Positions 54,008 through 64,000 of a stretch of DNA of 64,000 nucleotides are shown here, piece by piece. A model generated the notes under the pieces. That model did not search any database. It saw nothing but the letters and a program-made list of their open reading frames with translations, and was not told the origin of the DNA. The stretch's first letter is position 1. The number at the start of each line of letters is the position of its first letter. Where the stretch lies: assembly GCA_951406725.2 (NCBI GenBank), contig OX597816.1, positions 43,896,001 through 43,960,000 of the forward strand. The letters run 5' to 3'. This DNA is from Octopus vulgaris (Eukaryota). A program made the translations under genes and the position numbers.

Positions 54008-55270
54008 TAGGTATGCGAGTATATATACATATGTGTGAGTTTGTGTTTATGTTTGTATCAGTATGCATATGTGGAAGTATATGTGAGCATATATATGAGT
54101 GTGTGACTGTTAGTAAATGTGTGCGTGTATATGTGTATATGCGAATATGGCATAATGATGGGGGTGTATTATTCTTCAGGTTGTCGAGGTACCGTTTCCT
54201 TTCAATACATTTTGAAATATTTCGAAATGCTGAGTCACATATAATTATAGAATGAATGATGACGAAGAAGTCATAGTGTATAAAATAATGAATGAATGAA
54301 TGAATGAAATGAATGAATAACAATATAAGTCCGAATGCGGTTTAGTATCAATGATTGAAAGCATGCTATAACGTAGTTGGATAATGAGCAATGGAAGGAA
54401 GTATTATACAACGAAAATGCAAAAGGTATTTTGTCCAACGCTTTCATGTAATAAATAATACGTGAATAATATTCACGTATATTTCTAATACACGTACGTA
54501 TAGACACACGTAAAAACATCCACCCACACATTCGTTAACCATGCATAAGTGCTGTGTGACATGTTTGTAAGCACAACTACATTTGTAGATCGATTGTGAT
54601 CGCAATTGTCTGGATGTGAGTATGTAATTTGATGATGTATGGTTTTATGTAAATATGTATGTCAATGTTATATGTACGAAATTTGTATAATTGCATACAT
54701 TTTCTTACAATACTATAAAAGGTATTATAACGCCTTAGACCTTACTATATATAATTCTCCAAGACTTTTACAGCTTTTCCTCCTGATCAAAGGAAAATCT
54801 TAGAAATTTTCTGAACACCTACTGATTTTAGTTTCTCTATTTAAATTTTATAGTAACTAAGGGATGCAAAGCAGCTCTGCTCTATCATGGCATTTTCATA
54901 GTCATGCTCCTTGACAAATCTCTGAATTACAAAGGATGTCATGAAATCTTTCGTACTTCTTGGAAATTCATTTCAGCTTTGTATGTTTTTTTCAATGCTC
55001 GCTGGTCTTCCTGTCATCCGATGATTGACTGGACTTCTTTATTCTGTCAATCTATTTTTAATCCCGTAATTTCATCTCCAGGTTATAACGTCAACACCTT
55101 TGAACAATCTATTACAATGTTATTTAAGAATCTACAGCACAACGGAGCACTTTTCATTATTGGTAACTATAACACCAGCTATAAATTTATACATTCCAAC
55201 ATATTTTTCGAAGACCATTTGCATCCAACCAATCAGAGCTTACAACTGCATTACATCAACAAAGGCAAAA

Positions 55271-55762
55271 TCTCTCTGTATATAAACGGCAGTTTGTCTG
55301 TCTCTGTGTCTGTGTGTCTGTCAGGTTGTACCCTCACCCTGACCACGGCTTTCAACCGATTCTGATGAAACTTGAAACACACATAGCCCAATGTCATAAT
55401 TCAAAACTAACGCAGCGAAAAGTTTGAAAAGTTCCCCCAGTTCTGAAAAGAATCGATAAATTCGACATGGGGTCGAGAATCTAAGCTTTTTATTTGCAAC
55501 ACATTTTCTGTTGTAGTTTTCGCAACTTGCAATCGATTTTCACCAAACTCATGGTGAAGCTTAATGTTACCCTAAGAAACTTAATTCTGACGTTAGTTTT
55601 CCATGCAATATCTTACCATCAGAAAAAATCGATAAAATCATGCCATTTTGGGAAATCGCGTTCAAATTCAAGATGGCAGGAATTTTTTTTAAATTCACAG
55701 CGAGCATCACGTCTGCTCCAGGGGCTCTTACATACCCGGGAAATGCCGGGCTATGCTGCTAG
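55271..55762 (+). mobile_element. Non-autonomous Helitron
   Basis: 5' end A|TCTCTCTGTATATAAA...(GTCT)n. 3' GC hairpin CCCGG-GAAATG-CCGGG (55735-55750), then CTAG|T at 55759-55763. No TSD. Confidence 0.8.
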
Positions 55763-57100
55763 TCACCAATAATTCACTATTTTATATATTTCTAATATGA
55801 CATTTTTGACATGACATCATACTTCTGTAAGTCTCCATCGTTACCCCCTTATATATAAATATATTTGTCAACGCACAAAAATCTCGAGCTTTGAGTCACT
55901 CTAACTTCTGCCGATTATCACTGAAAAACGTCTATATACTCACGTTTTGATTTTGATTTTCCTGTTCGCGTTACCAAACATTTATAAATATGTAGATAGA
56001 CGTATATAGAGAGTAGGTCAATGCTTCCATCAGCATTGTTTAAACAAGGAGTTGGAATTTGTATTAAGTATTAAACTTTCTCTTACTGTTAAGATTAAGA
56101 TATAAAGGAGTGAGAGAAATTGCTATGGCGGGCTGAGAGGAAAACGAAAGTTTAATTTATTTTCTTTCAAATCTGTACTTAGAATTTTTCCCTACTTTCG
56201 TCATCTTCAAAATATGTTTTATTTCGTTCAGCACATCGTAACCAAGAGAGATTCGTAAAATAACACATATATAACATACGTAGTTATATAAATAATACGT
56301 TAAAAGATATAAATAAAGAATAACTAACACTATTCACAATAATTTTTATTTTAAATTTACCAACAAAACACACACACACACGCATGCTCGAATGCACGTA
56401 CGCACGCGCGCGCAAGTGATAATGGTAAAGTTAGCTCTAATGTCGTCGATATTATAAGATTTCAACGTTAAACGCTAATGCTTTCCAGAAGAAAAATTTT
56501 CTCTTCAAAATCATAATTGACAGTCAGATTTCTAATACTCTTCTTTAAATTTTCCTTACTTTCTTTAACAATATTTTTCTGTAGCGGTGAATTCTTTTAA
56601 CTTGGCATTCATTTGGATGCGTTATAGTCAACACATTATTTGTGCCGGAATTAACCAAACTTTCAGCTTATTGAGTAATAATTATTCTTCTTGTTAACCC
56701 CCAATCCCCAGAACAGCCATCATTTATTTATGCTGCATAATGAACAGAACCAATTCACACTTTTTCCTCATTCACTGGCAGCAAATACATACGAAAATCA
56801 ACGACAAAATTTATTTCGTAACACGGTGTATTGCGTTCCGGTAAGTTTTTGAGGAACACACTACTCCCATGACGGTGTGGGTTTCATGTCTATATCTGTG
56901 ATGATATATATTTGTTATATGGAAAATGCATTAAATATATATGTATATACATACATATATATACACACATATATATATATATATATACATACATATATAT
57001 ATATATATATACAATATATACATACATATATATATATATATATATACATATATACATATATATGCACACATATGCACACACACACACACATTACATACCC

Positions 57101-57156
<56 letters not shown>

Positions 57157-57833
57157 CAGTGGTTGGCAAAATAATGGAAACACCTTAAAAATTTCAAACA
57201 AATTATATCAATACGGGGCAAGACCACCTTTGGCAGTAATTACAGTTTGAATTTTACGAGGTATGGACTCGTACAAAGTTTAAATTGTTTCCAAAGGAAT
57301 TTTTGTCCTTTATTCAGCTAAAACAGTCTCCAGTTCTTGTAGTAATATTGGTGGAGGATATCGACTCCTAAATTGTTATTCTAAAATGTACCATAAATGT
57401 TCAATAATATTGAGGTCTTCGGACTGTGGCGGCCAGATAAGATGTTCAACTTCACTAGAATATTCATCGTACCACTCAGTAACATCTTTAGCTGTGAACT
57501 GGTGCATTATTATCCTGAAAGATTGCGTTTCCCCCTGGAAATGGTTCCGCAACGATAGGCTGAATTTGATCAGATAAAATACTTAAATAGCCTTACCATT
57601 AATTCTGCCATGAAAGGAAACCATTGGGCTGGCGGATTTCCAAGATATAGCCTCACTCCCGATCATCACAGATCCACCTCCACGTTTAACAGTTGGGAGA
57701 AAGCAGTCCGGGTCAAAAGCAACACAATAATAAATCAAAAAACATAAAAATAAACAAGCCTTTGACGGTTTTATAGATATTTCAAAATTATGATGCTATG
57801 ATGCTAGGTGTTTCCATCATTTTGTCCAACTCC

Positions 57834-57835
<2 letters not shown>
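57157..57835 (-). mobile_element. Internally deleted Tc1-like transposon
   Basis: TA-flanked TIRs CAGTGGTTGGCAAAATAATGGAAACACC / GGTGTTTCCATCATTTTGTCCAACTCCTG. Minus-strand remnants PTVKRGGGSVMI, FQDNNAP and WPPQSEDLNIIEHLW. Confidence 0.9.
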
Positions 57836-57867
<32 letters not shown>

Positions 57868-57942
57868 CAAGAAAAAAGCAACAAAAATGGATCAATGTTT
57901 CGGTACAATTGTTTCGTACGAAGACCACTTTTATTAAGGGTG

Positions 57943-57984
57943 AAAATATTGCAGCAAATACACGTGTATTTGCTGCAATATTTT
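57943..57984. repeat. Perfect 42-bp palindrome
   Basis: AAAATATTGCAGCAAATACAC|GTGTATTTGCTGCAATATTTT. Confidence 0.95.
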
Positions 57985-59885
57985 TCTTGTTTATAATCAC
58001 CCCGCATTATCTTATGGTTAATACCATATAGATTTCTGGTGCATCTAAGTTAAGTACCTTATTCATGTGAATTCAACAGAACTCACTTGAATCTTAATTG
58101 CTTTTACTAAATATATATATATATACAGGAACACCGCGTGCTACGGTAACACTACCTACCTGGAAAAGTGCTGTAATACAAAACAATTTCCATGCTGATT
58201 TACACGTCATAAAATGATAATGCGTTCCAATGGATAGTTTCATCAACGAAAGCACAAAATAAAACAGTCAACATAACCAATTTTATGAATGACAATAACA
58301 ATTTCTAATGATATGCAGTGCAATATTTATACCTTATAAACCGTTTGAAGTGACATCCGTTGGAGAATAAGCAAGATGAGTATGTACTTAGCACAATACG
58401 TGATGACTTCTGTCTGATGAGTGTTGATGCAATGAGACTTACAAGAAATATGAGAGACGCTATCTTCTATCGTATAGTTCATCATCATCATTGACATCTA
58501 TTTCAGTGGAGAACTTATCCAAAACTATTTGATGCCTCTTAACGCATCATTCCTTTGTACTGCAGCCCAGTGTAGGAACTGAATCCATTGCAAATTTTAT
58601 GCGACATTCATATTTACACTTGATTGTGAAAAAAAAACTTGCAGACCTCCCTCTATAAGTGACAACCCTTTAATAGTACTTTTTACAGTTAGCGTAAATG
58701 CAGTCGTTCGACTTTCCGTATTGTCATCTATATTCTCAGGTTGTTTTTATTCTAATTTCGACAGCTAATCGTCAGATAAATTTTCTCTATAGGGTACTAA
58801 CCACTCAACCGCATTATCTTCCATTGCCTTCTCAGTATCTTTCCGAATTTCATGCAGACTTTCTGCTCGTGGAAAACTTGTAAAATCACGGATAGTTTGT
58901 CATATATTTTTCGATCATTACATTCAAGAACCGTTATTTGTTAAGTGTTTCATTAGATGCATTAGCTTTATGAAAAAAATAGGGTCCGCGCAGTTGACGG
59001 AGTGACTTCTTGATCACTTGAACTTTTCTATCTATTATAACGTATTGACTCAAGTGTAGATTTTGCAATCTTCAAAGTTTTGAAAATGCAGATGTATTTT
59101 GTTTTCATTCTCTTATACCACACCTTTTTAAAGTAAGTTTACTCTCCAGTGATTCCCTTACGGGTTCTTTTCGCGCTACTAACTTTATACCTTCTTTCTA
59201 GACATCTTTCTAGGCATCGTAAATAAATCCAGTCGCACCAGTAATCTACACTTATCCGCAACAAATATATAGCAAATATATAGCAAAAGGCATGAAACAA
59301 AGAGAGAACTGTTTTGTAAGAGATAAAAATTTATTCTTACTCCTGTGGTTGTAGGGATGGAAACGAGAGTAAGAAATTATAGGAAGTACTGTATGATTAC
59401 AATTAGTTAAAGATTTACTACGTCCATGAGCACTCTAATCCTTGTAACTCTGACTAGAGCCACAAAACTGCACATACTCCCTATCCTTCTCTACAGTGTT
59501 GATATATAACATATGTAGATACAGACATTGCTATCATACTAATACTGTTATTGTTGTTGTCAGTCAGTGGCTGTATTGGTTTTCGTGCTGGTAAAAGTGA
59601 TGAAGGTGATAGTGGTAAGCGTGGTAATATTGTTCTTGTGTGTTGTTGCTGCTGTTAGTCTCAAGTCAATCCTCGTTGCTCTAAGGAAAGATTTATCATT
59701 AAGCATTTAAGACATGGAGAACATCACGTTTTCTCGTGTGATTGTTTGATCATTTACGTTAAAGCTATTTATCCTTTTCATACTATTGTTGCTGATATTT
59801 TTATTCATTAAGAACTACAGGCTTGATAATGACGGAAGGCTATTAGTCTTGCTGATTATGATTATGTTTGTGTTTATAGACAGTA

Positions 59886-59935
<50 letters not shown>

Positions 59936-59940
<5 letters not shown>

Positions 59941-60121
59941 GCATTTTTTTCTCTCCTTGTTTCTCTCCGTGTTTCTTTTCTGTGTATCTTTCTGTTGAAG
60001 AGCGTAGGCTCGAAACGTAAAAGACTTGTTTTATTTCTATTCCTGAGCGCCATACTAATACAATTGGTTGTGTGTACTCCACCTGCCTTCGTCTTTTGTT
60101 TATTTTCGTAAGCTTCCCGTT
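59936..60121 (+). mobile_element. Short HHR-bearing element, copy 4, in (TA)n
   Basis: TCTTT-CTGTTGAA-GAGC-GTAG-GCTC-GAAA-CGT-A-AAAGA at 59987-60024. Nearly identical to copy 1. Confidence 0.8.
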
Positions 60122-60145
60122 GTATATATATATATATATATATAT

Positions 60146-60197
<52 letters not shown>

Positions 60198-60976
60198 CGC
60201 AGAGAGAGAGAGAGAGAGATGGGGAGAGAGAGTGACAGACAAGCAGATATATAGATAGATAGATAAATTAAAACATACTGATTATAGCGCATGATAATAT
60301 ATGCACATTTTGGCAGTGTAAAATTCCTCTACACATCATGTGTTTCTAGTTAGGCACACTGACGATTGTATATGCGCTCATGCACACATATCTGTGTGTA
60401 TATATGTATCGTGATTATAGTTTCCCTAACGGTTAACTACTACGATTTTAGCCAAAATGCCGAGTAGCTGTCTTTTGTTGTCAAAGAAAGTGTTGTTTTT
60501 AATTCTCAAACTTTATCCGAATTTTCTGTAAGAGTGAAATTACAGACCGTATATCGAAATTAGTGGTCATACTGTACAATTCCCATCAGCGCGAAATCAC
60601 GTCACCTGAAGTTGTTAAGTAATCGTAATGATGAAAAGAAAATTCAAATTGCTATGAATGTTTTCTTATAATACTTTAAAGTAATTCGCTTTGAATCTAT
60701 GATTATACAATTACAGTATTGTGATTTAATTACAAGCATATCGAAATATTACTGATGCTGTCCTCCAACCATCTTATTCTATAAACATATTGATCATTAT
60801 TCGTCTGGTAATGTAGTATCTGCTAGATAATGGCATATAGAACTACAATAATATGAATAATAGATTAAAATCGAATTACTGGTAAATTATGATAGATACT
60901 TCTAAGCAAACATATACTGAACTCCTTCACGAATTTTTACCGTAACCCTTCCGCAGCAGCCGCAGGCGATAGCTTA

Positions 60977-61400
60977 GACTCAGATATGGCTGTGTGGTAA
61001 GAAGCTTACTTCCCACCCAAATGGTTCTGGATTCAGTCCCACTGCTGTCAGTTTGAGCAAGTATCTTCTATTATCTCCCGAGCCGAGCAATGCTTCGTAA
61101 GTGTATTTAATCGATGGAAACTGAAATAAGCCCGTCATATATATATATGTGTGTGTGTATGTATGTATGTGTTTCTTTGTGTCTGTGGTTGTCCTCCCAT
61201 CACTGCTTGACAACCGATGTTGGTTTGTTTACGTCCCTATAGCTTAACGGTTCGGCAAAAGAGACTGATAGAATAAGTACTAGACTGTAAAACATGTCCT
61301 GGGGTCGATTTGTTCGACTAAAAAAGAAAAAAGAACCTTCCAGTCAGTGCTCCAACGTAGCCGCAGTCAAATGTCTGAAACAAGTAAAAGAATAAAAGAA
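60977..61400 (+). mobile_element. SINE family B
   Basis: TGGCTGTGTGGTAAG..GATTCAGTCCCACTGC..CTTGACAACCGATG..CCGCAGTCAAATGTCTGAAACAAGTAAAAG. Confidence 0.85.
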
Positions 61401-61862
61401 TACAAAGTAATACCGTACCCAAAATATCTGTCAAACTTTTCATTAACACAGCGTCATTAATAAAAATGCTAATAACACAGGACATATGCAGGTCTCTGAC
61501 CACAGAGAGTACCGAGCTTTGCATGTGTGCTTCCGTGTATTAAGGTGTTTGTGTTCTAGTTTGATATCTGTATTTACTCAATATAAGCGCAAAAATAACG
61601 TACTTGTGTACATGGAAGTTATTGCTTTACCTACAATTTAATCCGTCTTGTATCCTTCCAAATAGCTCTTTCACTATTGGTATTGTTCTTTCTTTCCGTG
61701 ATTTTTTTTCTTTTCAATGTTATCGTTCATCTGAAATCGGTGAACTTTTGTGGTTGATTTCAGCTTTGTGGACAAGACAGGGACAAGTGTTATCGCGTTA
61801 AATATGGAGTGTATGAAACCTGACTCATAAATGCTGTCTTATGCTCTCTCAAATGTTTCGTA

Positions 61863-62224
61863 TAGCGTGGTCCGAACGTCTTGTCACCTTCTAACGAAAA
61901 GTAACAAGAACAATAGTGTAACAATATAATAATATCAAACACATGTACTGGTTTCAGTATATTCACTCTCATTGACGCCGACACTATCACACACAGAGAA
62001 GGTTTGTACGAACCCCATCTTTTTCGTGGCACAAAATGGTGTGGTGCTATGTCCTGTGTAATATTTTACGGAAGCTGTGCTTTGGTGATTGAATGCAGAG
62101 GCTGCCGAAACAGCGTCCTTCAACTGTTAGGTATTCTGGTATCGCTCTTGTGAAAACCTCTCATTGTTAATTGAAGATTGAATCAATATTTACAGTTGGT
62201 GACAAGACTTTCGGACCGCCCCGT
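61863..62224 (-). mobile_element. Short Tc1/mariner-superfamily deletion derivative
   Basis: Inverted ends TAGCGTGGTCCGAACGTCTTGTCACC / GGTGACAAGACTTTCGGACCGCCCCG. The internal minus-strand LQDIAPHHF resembles the QQDGAPPH motif. Confidence 0.65.
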
Positions 62225-62229
62225 GCAAT

Positions 62230-62860
62230 GAGTGACGCAGACGCATAACCGTGTGCACTGTTGTGTTGTACTCTTCAGATTTTGATTGTTTTCATCTTCT
62301 GCTGCTCCTTTCCACAGCCTCGTTAAACCGCCTCTAACCTCACTTTACTGTCGGTTTCACCTCACGGAAGAAACTTATCAGGAATAACGACCTTTAAGTC
62401 AAAACTAACGATTAGCATCGCTTCCATATTCTTGCAACTCATTGCAGCAACTACTGTATTCATTTTAATTTCGTAGTCGTGTAACCACGCTTTGTCACAT
62501 TTCAAAACACTATTCTGAACGTTTTCATCTGCATTTAAACAATCAAACTTCTGACGCGATTCGAAATCTTTCTAGACGACTAAACCGTCGAGAACTTTAC
62601 GAATTTCACGCGTTATATGTACGCACTTCTGCAGTTTTTTTTACGTTATTTACCGCGAAAAGCTTCAAATATGAAAGTGTCTTCAGTTGGTATTTTTTTC
62701 TTTAAAGTCGTGGCTTTCATGATTATTCAAAGGAATCAAATACTCAACCTTGCATGTTTCTGATAACTTTACAAACATTTTCGTAAAACTTTTAACAAAT
62801 TTTGAGATAGAATATCACTCAAATTCATTAATCTTGTAAAATAATCATTTTTATTAAGGC
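62230..62860 (-). mobile_element. Highly degenerate mariner-like transposase relic
   Basis: The minus-strand DENVQNSVLKCDKAWLHDYEIK resembles the first catalytic motif (..IVTGDETWV..YD..). Confidence 0.35.
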
Positions 62861-63585
62861 AGAAAAATTGCATTTTGCAGATCGATGACTAAAGGGAATG
62901 TTACATAGTGACTATTATTAGACGGAAGGGTAAAAGTCAGCCATATTTATGATTACAGTTTGGAGTACGCAGCATCGTCTTGGTCATCCGAATTTAAAGT
63001 TGTTTGGGAGCATAACCTCGTATACACACACGCATACGCACACACACACACACACACACATATATGAAATAGTGTAATTCACTCAGAATTAGTTATATTA
63101 TTATTTGCTATATTATTAGTTATAATATTAATTTTTATTTTGGAAAGAATAGAGTATAAAAGCTTTCACGTTTATATCAATAATTATCTAAAACTGGTAG
63201 GAATATTATCTGCATAGACTTCAAGGGCTAGGTTGTTATTTAATTGGATAATTTAGGAGTGAGTTATAGGTTTACTTATAGAATTTATTGACCGATACTG
63301 TTGTTGTACGTAGAGTAAATGTGTTTCTTTGTTGTAGTTTGATTAATAATGTTAGTGTTTAATCCTTCCTAGAATTAAGATTGAATGAATATGGTGATAT
63401 CTAAGGTATGATTGTTCCCAAACAACACTTGTTTTAGTGCTGTTGACACCGCCGGATTGAATGGTACTGCCCAGATGTCGAAACCATAGTGATATCCGTG
63501 AGGCAGCTGATGAAGGGCTGTTGGTATGGCTGTTATTGCATGTGCGATATAATTTTATAAAACATCTATTTGATATCTATATACA

Positions 63586-63987
63586 TCTTTTACTTGTTTC
63601 AGTCATGTGACTGTGGCCATGCTGGAGCACTGCCTTTAGTCGAGCAAATCGACCCCAGGATTTATTATTTGTAAGAATAGTATTTATCTTATCGGTCTCT
63701 TTTGTCGAATCGCTAGTTTACGGGGACGTAAACACACCAGCATCGGTTGTCAAGCGATGTTGGGTGGGGTCAAACACAGATACACAAACATAAACACCCA
63801 CATACATATACATATACATATATACGACGGGTTTCTTTCAGTTTCCGTCTACCAAATCCACTCACTAGGCTTTGGTCGACGCGAGGCTCTAGTAGAAGAC
63901 ATTTGCCCAAGGTGTCACGCAGTGGGACTTAACCCAGAGCCATGTGATTGGTAATCAAGCTACTTATCATACAGCCACTCCTACGCC
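63586..63987 (-). mobile_element. SINE family B
   Basis: Reverse complement of the 46409-46768 type along its whole length. Confidence 0.9.
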
Positions 63988-64000
63988 TATATATATATAT

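Overview
AT-rich, microsatellite-dense eukaryotic DNA with no recognisable host exon. It is almost entirely transposable elements and simple repeats, and the SINE types suggest a coleoid cephalopod such as Octopus (inference). The main structure is a 5'-truncated Penelope-like retroelement (5849-12424) of Naiad type. It has an RT C-terminus with YRDD, a CxCx5C linker and a GIY-YIG endonuclease, sits between ~2.18-kb near-perfect inverted repeats that each carry a hammerhead ribozyme (HHR) with a very long stem II, and is inserted in a (TA)n tract. Its three frameshifts are all 1-bp losses in homopolymers. Four dispersed ~200-bp elements in microsatellites share a minimal HHR fold with a non-canonical core (CUGUYGAA), and a separate canonical HHR lies at 48522-48564. 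Also present: a CR1/L2-group LINE fragment whose 3' tail is shared with an abundant SINE, several tRNA-type SINE families (one nested in its own family), Tc1/mariner relics, a non-autonomous Helitron, a Hero-like RLE-LINE 3' end and several MITEs. The long Ile/Tyr, Val/Cys and His/Thr ORFs are microsatellite artefacts.
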